Positions 1 to 12,805 of a stretch of 64,000 nt of DNA are shown here, piece after piece. Source of the stretch: Takakia lepidozioides (lineage: Eukaryota; Plantae; Bryophyta). How positions within the stretch are numbered: the stretch's first letter is position 1; every line of letters begins with the position of its first letter. The DNA is taken from positions 30,938,001 through 31,002,000 of the forward strand of contig CM060734.1 of NCBI GenBank assembly GCA_030704615.1, given 5' to 3'. Below the pieces are notes generated by a model, which searched no databases, was not told the origin of the DNA, and was given only the letters and a program-made list of their open reading frames with translations. Position numbers and translations under genes: made by a program.

Positions 1-2274
1 GACGGGCCCAACAATGGACACCCTAAAACTGAAAGTCTAGATGCCTTCCTACACTACGTTCAACATAGAGCTTATGGAAGCCTTGTGTTGGCCATGACTG
101 CCTGGTGACAAGGAACGTCTTGCTCCGAAGACTCTGCGGAAAGGTGTCGTTTCGGTTGACCTTCTCATGTCCGAAATGTTTCCACCGAAATGAAGTTTTC
201 TCCGTATACGGAACGTGCTGTACAAAACTGAGATCTGAGTTTGATTATATATTTCTCCTGTCGACAACAGCTTCAATGGATTCCTCATTCTACTTGTAGT
301 AGCTTCTCAACTAAGTCTAGGGTCTATTTCTCGATTTATCTTTATCTGTTGTTCCATTTCCATGGCTTGATTGATGTAGTTGGAAAGGCTGGTATAGTTC
401 TGATTATGCCTGAGCAGGTTAGTCTGCTGGTCCATATTTGCTCGCAGTTGGATCATCTGTATAAAGTGTGGAGTTTACCAGACGAGTGGGCATTGGCATC
501 TTTTTGGGATTAAAGGTTGGAACATTGACAGTTAGCTTGCCTGATGCAGGCAACTGTGGCATATTATCTAATGCTAGATAAGAGGCGTCGTCTATCTAAT
601 GGCTATCTTGGGGCTGAGTTTGAAGAAGCCAAGGTGAGTTGCAGTTGAACTGAATGAGGAACTTGTTATGGACATTTAGCATGGGCCTGGGGCATGTAAG
701 TAGCTTGTGCCCACCTATGGCTGCAATTATCTTATTGTCAAAGAGGCTGACAGCCTGTCCTTGATACATGGTCACTACAACAAAAGGGAATCTAAGCATA
801 CAAGGCATTCGAGTTATTGTTAGTTTGGCACAACTTTTGCATCAACATGTCCTGCCTTGATTGTTCAAAATTTGTAGTACTCTTTCAGAGATGTCACGAA
901 CCTTTAAAGCTGAGTTGTATATGTTTTTGGCAGGTTTGCAGTTTTGTTGGGTGCTTATGTGAGCCTTGGGAAGGTGATGTTGTTTCTGTTAGTGGAAGAT
1001 AGGTCTAAAGAAATTTGATGGTTATGGTGATAGCTGGATGTCAGTTATATGTTGACACTCATTGCTTTGAGAAGGATAGACATGCAGGAACACCTGGTCC
1101 CCATGTTACCCATGCATTTCATGTGCTCAACTCCCTTGGGGAGACCTTCCTAAGTGAAGGTACTAGTGCATACAGCTAGTATGGATTGGCGGGGTCCATC
1201 TCCTTCTCTTTTACAACATAGGGTGGCCGCAGAGCAAAAGTGGGCTTTGGGTCTTCATATCCTCCCACTCCCACTATTTGTCTGTATTCTCCAAACCTGC
1301 AAGACAGTTTGATTCCAGGAGGCTGTAACTGTCAACCTGAAACCGTTTGACGTTGTCTCATGTATCTCACTTACCAAATGCAAGGGTAGATTCTCCCAGT
1401 GTACTTGTATTTCATGTACTTGTTGATGGTGTTCTATTTACTAGTCTAGGATTTCAATTGAAGACCCACGCTTGAAGCACAGGCAGTGTCGCTATCTGCG
1501 CGATGGAATATTTCCCTATCGACACCCCAACCATGTAACCGTTAAGAGACAGTAAGGTTCCAGCAAATAAGCCTGGTGGTTGGTTAGTAATACCATGGCC
1601 GCACTGTGGGGAGTCCTGAGAGCCACTTTGATGGCCATGTTTCACCCAGTAGCCTGGACTTTTTGTCACCACAAAATTGGGAAGATAGTATAACAGAACT
1701 TGCAAGTGATGGCCTTTCTGATTCGCCCATGGCAGGATCTGTCTATAAGGTATCCTCTGTCCACTGGACAGCTGACCCTTGAGGAGGTGGCAATGAGTGT
1801 TGAGTTTTGAGCCCAGAGATAGCGGAGCAGGAGTTGAAAAGGATCTTGTCAAGTTTGAAGTTCAGGTAAGTTTGTTCCAGCTTGTCGCTTATGTGATCTC
1901 TAAGTCTAAGGCTCCCTATAGAAAACCCAGTGGTTAATGCCCCTTGTGGTTTCCTTGGGTGGTGGGGGGTCAATCCTGTTGTGACCTATACAACTGTGGA
2001 TGGGAACAATCCATTGTAGAATTGAGGTTCTTAAGATACCTGGTCTCACCGTGTGTTGCTGTTGCATGGATGCAAACAATCTGATAATGGCTGATTATGA
2101 CACAGGCTTAAAAGGATGTTTTGGTAGTTTGTGCTGTCAGGTGGAAAGAAAGGGCAAAATTGATTAGAAAAGGTAACATGAAGGATTGGTAGAGTGCAGG
2201 TGTACAAAATGCGGGAGGAGAAGTACTTGTTGGACCTGCAAAGAGTGGATAGTCTCTGGCTATAACATGTGCAG

Positions 2275-2420
2275 AATTTCACTTCACAGCCAGATGTAGC
2301 TGATGACTGTTTTTTGATGGCTTCACGGTACATCCGTTACTGCCCCAACTTGCTTGTGCCCACAACAATGTTACCTCCACTCTTTGATTGTGCAATGGCT
2401 GGCATCACTATCCAACACAG
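2275..2420 (+). pseudogene. Isolated exon of a transportin-3/MOS14-like importin-beta gene
   Basis: AG/GT-bounded segment translates NFTSQPDVADDCFLMASRYIRYCPNLLVPTTMLPPLFDCAMAGITIQHR, matching the conserved DxADDCFLxASRxIRYCP...GITxQHR segment of plant TNPO3/MOS14. The expected next exon (EAC..IL) was not found downstream. Confidence 0.65.
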
Positions 2421-2724
2421 GTCTTTTGCCCAGCCATATTGTACCAAACAGGATCCCCGTTTCACTTGTAGCATTTCTCCTGAAACCTTAGTGACCTTTA
2501 CAACCTTTTTACAGCTTTTTGCCAGTGGAGGACGAAGATGTAGTCCACGTTCCTGCTCCAGCGGATGAGGATATTTGAGTTTCACAGTTTTCTTCCGTAG
2601 TTCACTCTCTCCCAATTATCTGAATATTGCTACCTACAATTCGATTGTGATCTTTTAATTGACGCAATGGTGCTGTTGTATGCAATGAGGTTGTCTTCTT
2701 TGAACACACACAAGGGGGGCTAAT

Positions 2725-3065
2725 TCCCAGGGGAAAACACCAACCGACCAAGAGGAATGGATAAAAACGCATGGGGAAAACCTCAAAGGGGGAAAACCCC
2801 AAGGCCTATCACTCAAGGGGAAAAAATCACACATTAGGAGGAAAAAACCCACCAAAGAAAAACCAAGGGAAAAAACCACAGGGGGGCCCCACCAAAGAAA
2901 AACTGCAGAAGGGAAAAAACCACAAACCACATAGGGGAAAATCCCACGGTGGAACCCATCAAAGAAAAACCACATAAGGGAAAAGAAACACACGGGAAAA
3001 AACCCCACGGAAAATCCACGGGGTTTTTTTCCCAAAAGGTTGCAAGGGAAAGCCCACCAAATTCC
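2725..3065. repeat. Degenerate low-complexity array of GG(G)AAAA(A)CCC(A)-type units, probably TE subterminal
   Basis: Many imperfect ggaaaaaccc/gggaaaaaaccac units. The K/G-rich ORFs here are compositional artefacts. Confidence 0.6.
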
Positions 3066-4635
3066 CTCCGTTGCACAGTTCCCTGTGACTTGTTCTTTTC
3101 AAGCACTCTAAAAGGGGAAAAATGTTATTTTTCCTTTAGGGAATGTGCCAGAAGCTCCTTGCGATGCCTCTCCTCAATTAGCGAGGCACATGTCCGGACT
3201 GGTCAGTTTCCTTTGAAAGATCCAACTGAAATAATTATCTTCTTGGACGCGGTGTCGTGTGTCGTGCACCCAAATCGTGGCTTTCTCGGCTACATTATTG
3301 AGTAGTGTATCCAGCTGGATCGAATGTATTTAACGATTTTCAGGTGACCAGCTTGATGTGAAGTTGAACATAATTATTAATGATCATGTATGATGGTGTA
3401 GTCCTTGCTAGCATTTCGGCACAGTATGCAGATGACGATGAATGCAGTACGAGCTCAATTGTGTGATGAGTTCCCCAAGTCCATCTGGACATTGGTTTGC
3501 TATGATTAGGACTGAGATTCCCCAGTTGCTGAACATAATCAGGAGGGTATAAGGATAAGAGCATCAACCGCTCACTGGGGAACTCTTCACTGTTCTGAAG
3601 CTCAGTCGTGATTTTCGTCTTCAGAGAAAAGTTTAGAAGAGTCAGATTGGATCTTCCGCGAGTTAGACTTGCTGAGGGCAATTTCGAAACTTGCAGCGCA
3701 AGAGTGAGCAGGAGAGAGAGATCAGTGATCCCTACAGTGTGAGAAATTGTCTCGTCCTGAGTATAGGAGCACCAGTCGGATCTTGAGAAACCCCAACGGG
3801 ACCATCGGATTCAAACAGGTTCAATGGGTTCCCTTTTTGGTAAGCCTCATCATGGGTTGAATCAGAAGAAGATAGGAGGAAGGAACGCGAGAGGGCCAAG
3901 GCAGAGGAGGAGCAGAACAACCGACAACTAAGGATGCAGGCGCTTGCCAAGGAACTAGAAACCTGAGCAGCTTGGACCCTAGATGTCACAGTTGCTTTCG
4001 GTACCATTTCATTTCATTTCACTTTTTTGCCTGTTTATCATTTCACGCCTTTGCCATGTCCAAGCCCCTTCCCATGTGCAATGCAACTTCAGTAGCTTAA
4101 TTAGCTGGAAGCCAATTGAAGGCTAAAGGCAGGTTTATTTACTGAATTAGCAAGAAGGGTGACAAACCTTGATCAGAATCTTGACAGAGCTCTGCCATTG
4201 ATGTCCTCATTCTGTTGTAGTCGCTGCTGTATCTAGTTGGTCCGATTCTTTGCATACTCCCCCCATTTTGTTCATAGAAAGTTTTACGGACCAAATCTAT
4301 CTCTTTGGCGCATAATTTTTCCATTTTGTTCATAGAGAGTTTTAGGGACTAAATTTGTCCTGTTTGCAGTTCATAAGTTCAGCTAACTAAAAATCCACTA
4401 TGTCATTCCTCGATTAATATCTTAAGGCCCCGGCCGCACCTGCCAATTAGTACGTCAATCAAGTTAGGTAATTGACGTTAGCGGTAGGGAGACGGCCGCA
4501 CACGCGATTAAGAAGCCGGTTAGATAACCGGCCGATTAACAGCTGTTAAATGCTGTAACGGGGAGAGAGCGAGATTTAACACCTCCTCCATGGAGGTGTT
4601 AAATCTCGGTCACAATTAAAAATCGGGTAGCGGCG

Positions 4636-4858
4636 GAGAGGTTTTGCAGGTGCCATACGCTCGCGATGGCGGGGAGAGTAGAGAGGTTCTTGCAGGGCAT
4701 GCGCTCGCGATGGCATAGAGTGCAGAGGGAGAGTGGAGAGGTTTTTGCAGGGCAGGGGCTCGCGATGGCATAGAGTGCAAAGGGGAGAGTGGAGAGGTTC
4801 TTGCAGGGCAAGCGCTCGCGATGGCATAGAGTGCAGAGGGGAGAGGCTCTTGCAGGCA
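4636..4858 (+). repeat. Subterminal tandem repeat, about 55-bp unit, about 4 copies
   Basis: Unit gagaggttcttgcagggc..gctcgcgatggcatagagtgcagagggagagtg recurs at about 4681, 4736, 4792 and partially at 4636 and 4841. Confidence 0.85.
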
Positions 4859-4906
4859 GTGTGTGTCTCATTTTTTTAATCCAGAGATTGCAAGAGAGAG
4901 TGTAGC

Positions 4907-5893
4907 ATGTCTTCCACAGACACCACAGGCACCATAGGCAGTGGTGATGGCTTTAGGGCTGGTGAGGTTGAATTGCAAAGCTCCAAGACTCCTTGAAAAA
5001 GATCTAGAGATAGAAATTGGAGTGAGACGGAAGTGCGCATCCTGGCTACCACTAAGTGGCAGGAATGGGAGGAGTGGAAGGGTTCTAATGCACGCGGCAA
5101 CATGAATTGCGATAAAGTCAAGTGGGAGAGGATTGTGTTGTCATTGGAGAGACAGGGTGTGCTTGGAAGGGATGCAACAAGTTGCAGCAACAAGTGGCAG
5201 AACCTCTGTAAGCATTTCAAGGATATTCGGGGCCACCAGCTTCATAGCTTAGGTAATGAAGACTACTTCACTATGACCACTGAAGAACGTGGAACTGCAG
5301 GACTCCCAAAATCCTTCTCAAAGGATCTTTTTGAGGACATGTCTTTTCTATCAGAGCGAGCTTGCAATGCTCCAAAGGCGACCTCATCAAGCATGAGGGT
5401 ACCACTGGTACCAAATCAGCAGCATGTAGATATCAACCCAATTGATGATGTCAGTGCTGGCCCTTTAGTAGCCAACAATTTGGGTTCAGCAAGTCTAGCC
5501 TCAGAAAGCCAAGATGAGCCATCTGTTCCTCCTCGGGGTTGACCTCCCATGCCAGGGCGGGAGAGGTACACCAATTCTTCCCCTACCCCATTCAACAACT
5601 CAACCGGCAAGAAAAAGAAGGGTGTTGTGACCACTGATTTCCTCAAGGCCTTGAAGGAGGGAAATGAAGTCCTTTCCAAAAGCATGGCAGAAGATAGAAA
5701 AGAGAGGATGGAGAGATTTGGCAAGACTCTTACCCTTCAAACTGAGATGTTCAACTTTGAGAAGCAAAAGGCCCAAGTGGCATTTGAAGCACAACAGGTA
5801 GCTTCTAGCAATCAAAGCGTCATGGTTTCCCATTTTGGAAAACTGGTTGAGCACTTTGGGAAAATGGTAGAAAAGAAGGATGGTGCAGCTTAA
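4907..5893 (+). pseudogene. Myb/SANT-like (trihelix-type) DNA-binding protein, the Harbinger accessory ORF, with two in-frame stops
   Basis: One frame from ATG 4907: RNWSETEVRIL...KVKWERIVLSLERQGVLGRDATSCSNKWQNLCKHFK. TGA at about 4994 and 5540. Coiled-coil-like C-terminus. Confidence 0.8.
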
Positions 5894-7264
5894 GGGCATA
5901 GCCATGATCATTACAAGTTCCCTAGTTTCTCCTAGTTTCTCCTTTGAACAGCTCAGCTTGAATGAGCTCCAAGTCAATTTCTCTCAAGAAGCATTTTAGC
6001 TGCTGATTAGAGGTTTTGGTAGTCCTCCTTTGATTGTAGCTAAGTCATGCAGGGAATTCCACACAACATCTCTGACCACAAGGCACCTATTGAGCAAAGT
6101 AAAGTAGGTTGCTTTTGTAGTGGTGGTGTAAGTGTGTGGCCTTTAGTGGCAGCCATGACAATTCTAGTGTATTGTGTAGTAGTGGATACAGCTTTTGAGC
6201 AGAGCAGTAGTTAGTAGTTTCAAGGATGGGTACAACATATGCATTCAACATTCAGGTGTGGTTTCTCGTTGTGAAGGCAACTGTTTCACATATTGATGTG
6301 CTTGAGGACAACTTGTTAATGTGATGACAATTTTGTTTCCTGGTATGCTTGTCCCACATTTTTTGAATTTTGATTGCTGCAAGATTTGGATATAGCAGCA
6401 TGATAATTGATTGAAAGCTCCTCAGTAGCATATGAGATGGTTGTAGCGCCATACAGTGCAAGAGTATTTTTTTGCCTTAGATCATAGCAATAATTGGCAA
6501 TGGTGTGTCAGAGTGGAGTAAATTATTCACAAAGTCTGGAGTGTTGAAGTGTTATGTGCGGTCATGTCGGCCCTTGGAGGGGGCAGGTGGATGTATGCTG
6601 CTATCTGGGGGGTTGATTTTGGGTTTGAAACAGATCTGGGTAAAACTCGAGATATGGGTTGCTGGTGGAGATGTTAGATTGTGATGGGTACATGATTGCT
6701 TGATGTCAGGCATGAGTGGGAGGCTGTGTTTGCACATTGTATCTTGTAGTGGCGTGGTGGGTCCATTAATGGGGCAGTGGAGTTCATGGCTAGAGCCTGA
6801 GTTTGCCCAGGTCAGGCCCTGTATGTTTCTGATTTTGCTAGCATAGTGGCAGGCCTGGTCTAGAAAGGATATCATGCTGCAATCACCAATGGATCAGTGG
6901 GAAGCGGTTGATGGCATTAGCTCAAGGTAGGAATAACCACGTTTATCCTTGGGAGTCCTTGAATGGGACTATGTTAGAATTTGAAGTGCACTCATCAAAA
7001 TGACTGTGGTGGTGTCATTTCAAGGTTACATACTCCCGACCAGAAAATGGGTGACAAGCAGTCTTCATAATAAGCCTCTTTGGATCTTCAGAATCACATC
7101 CCATGTGGAAAGACGCTAACACAAAATCACATGCCCCCAGATCACATGCTTTGAATTCAGACCTATACATTGGATGGCCTCGCACTTGCTATCTCAGCCC
7201 AAGCCTCTTGGTATGTTGTCCATCAAACTTCAGATTGCACTGAACTCTTTGTGAATGTACCACC

Positions 7265-7690
7265 TGTCAAGTTAAATAAACACAGTGTGAAACTAACTAG
7301 AATAAATCTAGTTATTTGTATTTAACACTTGGAATTAGTTCAAGTGTTAAGTCAGGTGTCAAGTTTAGCTTGACACCTGAACCATCTTATCTTCACGAGC
7401 TCGTCAGTCGTGCGGCTCATCTCTCTCGAGTTGAGCCTGCACGACCGAGCTCCTTCACTGCTTAGAATCTGAGTGTGCTTATGAAGGGAGAATATGATGT
7501 TGTGGGGTGGAGTCCCCATAGCTTGGGGTGCCACTGGCTCGACTCTTAGTTTAATGAGTGATGGTGTTGTATTTCATGTCCTTGTGTCAACAGTGTGAGT
7601 TTAGATTTCAATCACTCGAGAGAGATCATGTCTAGCTTTTGTAGTGCTAGGCTAGATAGATTTTGATAGCACTATATAAATAAAGACGTT
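7265..7690. repeat. Hairpin-rich repeat fragment homologous to 62545-62790 (probable LTR R/U5-leader region)
   Basis: Several perfect hairpins (e.g. tcaggtgtcaag-tttag-cttgacacctga). Shares ctcatctYtctcgagttgagcct, gtggaKtccccatRgcKtggggtgc and tcactcgagaRagat blocks with the 62.5-kb copy. Confidence 0.55.
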
Positions 7691-7959
7691 GTTGGTCACC
7701 GGTGGTGTAGTCGGTGCGATGGGTAATGCAATGATCGTGTATAGCTGCTAGATCGGGCTATCCAGGATGCTCGTGGCAATACTAGCCGCGTGAATAGTTG
7801 GTGATATCTGTAGGAACTTTTGGCCATGATCATAGCCTTAAGTCACAAGGATATAATGAGGAAGCGGCCAATGGGGTGACCACTGGAGCGGTGATTTCAG
7901 GGCAGGCCGTGGTAGCATTCTGGAGTTGTTCGATTAGTGATGCGGCTGCAACCAGCCGC

Positions 7960-9352
7960 CCAGCAGCGACGTCGCATTGTTCTGGTCTTGGGGACGTAAA
8001 GAACAAACACTTCATGGTGGATGCTCCGAATGGCCATCTGGGAATTAGGGACTGCTATGCGGAGTTTGTGGACGAGAAGGGTGTGTCTGTGCCTCTGAGC
8101 GATGTATACCTGCACCACTAGATCATGTACGAGTTCTCTGTACCGAGCAACGATGTAGACACCCATAAGGAGATGCTACTGAAATCTATGGAGAAGAAGC
8201 ACTCTTCGTCTCAATCCACCTCACACGCTGCCTCATTTGAAGGCTGCTGGCTCCGGCGTGAAGCTCTCAGCTGGACAGACGTTGATGCAGTACTTTGGTG
8301 TTGGTGCGGAGACCAGGCGCACCAAGTCAACTATCCCCGCGCCCTTTGCTAAAGAGACTGCAGCTCCTTCCCTGCTTGTTGAGGGCTACGAGCCGATATG
8401 GATTCTTAATGTCCACGGTCGTGACACACGGGGCGCCGTCAACAAACTGGGGTGCACTAAGTGTCGGTTGCTTCTCTCCTACTCTTCTCTGAAATCTTTT
8501 ACACCTGTTTTGAGGAAGTTCTCCACAGAAAGACAATGTGTAAGGGCCTCGTCCCCGCCAATCACTAAATGCCTTACAAATGGCTGCAGCCCGCAAGGTT
8601 TACCTTAGCCCATAATTCCCATTGACATGGCACTGAGCTATAGCAGACAACAATCCTTTACAGGGAGCTGAGTGATAAATTATGGGCTGACGTTGGCGTC
8701 ATTTTAAAAGCATGAGATGGATTCCAGTACTGCTCCTCCAGCCCCCTAGCTTATCATGTGTCGTGTTAACCCTTACAAATGAGGGTAGAAAATAGAGAAG
8801 AATCTAGGGGCCGGTGTACTGCCACAAGGTCTACAGTGCCTGAACGATCCAGTTGTGTTTATTATTTTACCCGAATTAGAGGCTACAACAATTTGCAGTC
8901 AGCTACTGGATTTGGGGTGTGATCTTTACAATGTGACTGTGGACCGCAAAGGAGATCCTTTAGCAGAAAGTTACCTGGGAGGCCTTTAGTGCTGCACAGA
9001 TGGGAAGCGCTGTGCTGTGAAGGAGGGCTTTGAAGGTGATGAGCTTGAGATGACCATCTACCTAGTACACATGGGAATATGTTTCCTGGGATGTGTGCGT
9101 TGAGCCCCTGTCAAAGGTGGTCATCGGGGTCACCGAATATATCGAGTACACTGTTGAGGGATGTGGCAACACTGATCCCTCTTCTCCGGAATGTATAGAT
9201 ACACGGGAGAGGATAATAGTTGCCCCTTTGGAGGTGATGTGATCTTCGCAGTGTCGCAGTTGCATCCTTCAGCCCTGGATTGTACTCTGTTTGGGGACGA
9301 TGGGCGTGTGATTTGCTACTCTCCTCCCATCTATGGTACTGGACAGGCGGCT
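7960..9352 (+). pseudogene. Stress up-regulated Nod19 (SURNod19)-like pseudogene
   Basis: Pieces translate GHLGIRDCYAEFVDEKGVSVPLSDVYLHH*IMY, QYFGVGAETRRT...WILNVHGRDTRGAVNKLGCTKCR and, after an intron-like gap (about 8465-8915), CDLYNVTVD...YLGGL*CCTDG.RCAVKEGFEG...IEYTVEGC...LFGDDGRVIC.S.PIYGTG. These are SURNod19 motifs. Stops, frameshifts and a truncated C-terminus are present. Confidence 0.85.
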
Positions 9353-9803
9353 GACATCAGATGTATTGCATCAGCGTACACCATTGTGTTGGTGAATCCA
9401 ATTTGGTTGGTGCATTCATCGATGGGCACCTGGGAACGGTGACTGTACGTGGAACCTGCAGTGAATCGCGGAAAAAAAAAAAAAAAACGTGGGAACAGGG
9501 AACCAAAGGAAACCAATTGAAAATAGTTTTTTCTTGTATTTGTTTCTATTTAAGGTCATATATTATATTTACAGAGCCTCTTTGGCCATATCTTTGTCAT
9601 ATGAGCTCCATTTGACACAGTTTTTGAGGGGATAGCTGTAGAAAGGGGAAATCTATCTATCTAGACTTGGTTTTAGTTTTTTGGACTCTGCTAAAAATCT
9701 ATGGAATTTTTTGAGTGTGAGTGTGCTATGAAAGATCCACAATTCTGTTTCTAGAAACTGTTGTGGTCTACATGAAAGACAAATCTGGGGATGTTCTCCT
9801 TGT

Positions 9804-10538
9804 ATGGCTGGGGGAAATGAGGACGTAATTGAGGGGCATGTCTCTTCTCTTAGCCTGTGCACACAAGGGGACAAGATTTATGTTTCTCAAGGAACTCAGA
9901 CTGATTGGAGTGGAGAGCAGTTGGACGAGTTGATTGCATACTGGGAGTCAGGCATTAGCAATAGACAACAAACTGCTGTAGTTGGCATTGCGGGCCTCAA
10001 TATTGCTTTGGACAGTCAAAACTCTATTGGAGCGAGCAGTTCTGCAACTGTAGGTGAAATACCAAAGTAGGTGGAAGCTAGGCTTGGAACATAGCCAAAG
10101 ACAGCCCCGGGGACCAAGGTGTTCAGCCACAAGGCCGTGGTGTACTGGAGCAAAGGAGCAGGAGCTACACAAGCTTTTGCAATCAGACATGGTTGCAGCT
10201 GGACACGCTCTGCACAAGGCAACCACGAGCGGGGGTTCATTAGCCATGACAAGTTTGTTCTGCTTGAAGGAGATGCAGTCATTCGCAACGAAGACACCCG
10301 CAACCGTCTCAAAGCTTTCGAGTTGAGAGACTGTCAGACCCTACCTTTATTTTCTTTAGTATTCAGTGAGCAGGAGATATGGGAGTATTGTTTTGTCTCT
10401 ACCTGGCAGAAAGATGAGGAGGGTTGGTTAGAGCGAGCTACTGTAGCGTGGGATAAGGTTAGTGGCAGGTTTCTGGATATAGATATACCTCCCACACCTT
10501 ACCATCATGCAGAGCGAGGCACTTTGAGAGAAGTCTAG
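9804..10538 (+). pseudogene. Unknown about 245-codon ORF upstream of the PBS (two in-frame TAG)
   Basis: ORFs 9804-10070 and 10119-10538 share a frame and are separated only by two TAG codons. The composition is protein-like. Confidence 0.45.
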
Positions 10539-11082
10539 CAGTTGATAGCATAGATCAGAATTAGATCTTGCTTGGTCGGACCTCTATTCTTCCCCTCCCT
10601 CTCTTTACTATTTTCATTACTTTGTACTTGTAGTTGCCAAAGCCTCTCTTGGTGGAGGCCAGTCAGTCCGGGTTTTTTGGGCTGGGGTATTCTGCAGGAG
10701 CAGCACTGTGGAGGGATTTTGGTGTGGGGGTATTGATGTTTTGGTTTCTTGTGTTTGGATCCCCCCCACACCTACATGCTTGACTGTGCGCCATGTTGGT
10801 TTTGTGTGGGCGCTTGCTTTCATAGGGATTAGGCCGGATTTGATCACCGGTCAATCCTAGAGTATGCTGTCGGTGGTGAGGCTGGAGTGATGACCAGCAA
10901 GACCACCAATGTTTCTTCAATGGTGAGACTGGGTTGATGACCAGCCAACCATAGGAGTTCTTGCGGTGGATGCAGGTGCAGGTGCTCTGAGCCACTGGGA
11001 TATGACTCTTAAATTGCAACAGGTGCCCACCCGTGTCACTATTAAAATTAGTACTAGAGCCTTATAGTGTCACATAGGGGAA

Positions 11083-12799
11083 GTGCACATTGTGAGTGTC
11101 ATCACGGAGTTACCCAAGGGTTTTGAGGGGAGTACGGCTATAGGCAGTAGCAGTGAGAGTGGGTTCACAAGACGAGGTATTTGGTTCAGACCACCTTCAC
11201 CTCCACTCTCAACTACTGTAGAGTCTGACACAGACCCGGAGGCTTCATCAACATGGGTGCAGTTTTCTTCGCCATTATTGTGGGACGACATGGAGGAGAT
11301 GTATGGAGCTACCAAGGGGCCTCGTAGGTACTCTGGAGCTGTGGGCACAATCGAGCTGGATGACTTTATCCAGGAGTTCGACAGCTGGTGTGATTTGCAG
11401 CAGATGCGCAATCCACAGCTGTTCACTCCATTCATGGCGTGGAAGGGATTGTTCCAGCATTTGGAAGGCCCGCCTATGGACGATTACCACGAATTCAGGC
11501 GAGAACATGAAGCAGAGATTGAGGAGTGGAGGATGTATTGGTCACCTGACTACGTCTCCATTACTCGAGGCACGACGCGACCAGTAGTTGCATCAGCACC
11601 AATATCTCCCACTGCCAGCACTAGTAGTGGAACAAGTAGTGCCGGTACTTCTGCAGGTGGTACCAGTTCAAAAGGTGTCACTACTCCTCCTACCACGACT
11701 ACAACACATGTGCCTAGACTCAACCCGGTGGTGGAGTTCTTCCAGGAGTTGCAGACGAACTACCAAGGCGTACGGACAGAGAAGCTGCGAAGTTTGCAAG
11801 ACTTCCAGCGCAAATCCAGTGAGAGCTTGCGAGAGGCCTACACTCGTATGAGGCGCTTGATAAGTGTGACCCAAGGGGTTACTAAAGCTCAGGCAGTCCA
11901 GTTCTGGTATGGAATTTTGGACAATGAACAGGAGAAGGGTGCGGGATGCAACCCTATTACAAGCGGCCCAACCCACATTAGCAGATGTGTTTCTGCTAGC
12001 TAAGCGGATTGAGCTCAACATGGTGGAGGAGCGAGTTGTTACCATTGGATTTGGCAAGGACATGCCTGCACAAGGCGCAGCTGCCAGCCAACAGGTACAA
12101 GGGACTGCCCAACAACGTGGTCAGGGGGGCAAGGTTGCCCAACCCAAATTCCATGGAGCTTACAGGGAACCTCAGGTGGAGAGGCCAGTAGCTTCTTTTG
12201 CAGGCCAACAGCAACCAGGGGTGGTATGTTGGACATGTGAAGGACCCCATGTCAAGAAAGATTGCCCAGAAAGTGGCAAAGGGCCGGCACAAGCACAGCC
12301 TGCACAGTTGCAGTGTGGGCATTGTGGCAAGTATGGGCATGGAGATGCCCAGTGTTATGACTTGCACCCTGAGTTGCGGCGAGGCCAGTTCCAAGGGAAC
12401 AATGGTGGCCGAGGGCAAGGTAGAGCACCTCAGAGAGGACGAGGTGCTCAGGCACGAGATGCAGGACGAGGGCAAGCACAGTATGGCCAAGGACGTGGAG
12501 GTCAGGGCGTTGACCAAGGCATGGCCAACCGGCTTCAGCAGCTAGAGCAAAGGCTAGCTGCCATGGCCACAGCTCAGGTGGTACCAGCTCCAAGACCTAA
12601 GGGTCCACCTCCTGTTCCTCCTCAGCAACATCATCCCGACGGAGGAGACATGGGAGGTATGGGATTTATGCGTGGGGCAGCACTACCACTAGTGCAGGTG
12701 GAGTCTGCTGTAGCCGTCACTCGAGGAGCAACACGAGTTCCTGAGCCACGAGGTGCAGAGATGGAGTTGGATTCACAACGTGGGGAGGCAAGCCGTTAG
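11083..12799 (+). pseudogene. Retrotransposon Gag with two CCHC zinc knuckles (one frameshift near 11925)
   Basis: YSGAVGTIELDDFIQEFDSW and LQDFQRKSSESLREAYTRM (Q-x3-ES-x3-Y-x2-R gag motif); CWTCEGPHVKKDC and CGHCGKYGHGDAQC; RG-rich nucleocapsid-like tail. Confidence 0.85.
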
Positions 12800-12805
12800 G
12801 ATAGG

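Noticed and set aside
2655-3305. K/G-rich and F/G-rich ORFs
   Set aside because: They are translation artefacts of the ggaaaaaccc low-complexity array.
6550-7260. Possible Harbinger transposase next to the Myb ORF
   Set aside because: No IDGT/H, DSxY or ExxFG motifs were recognised in the frames examined.
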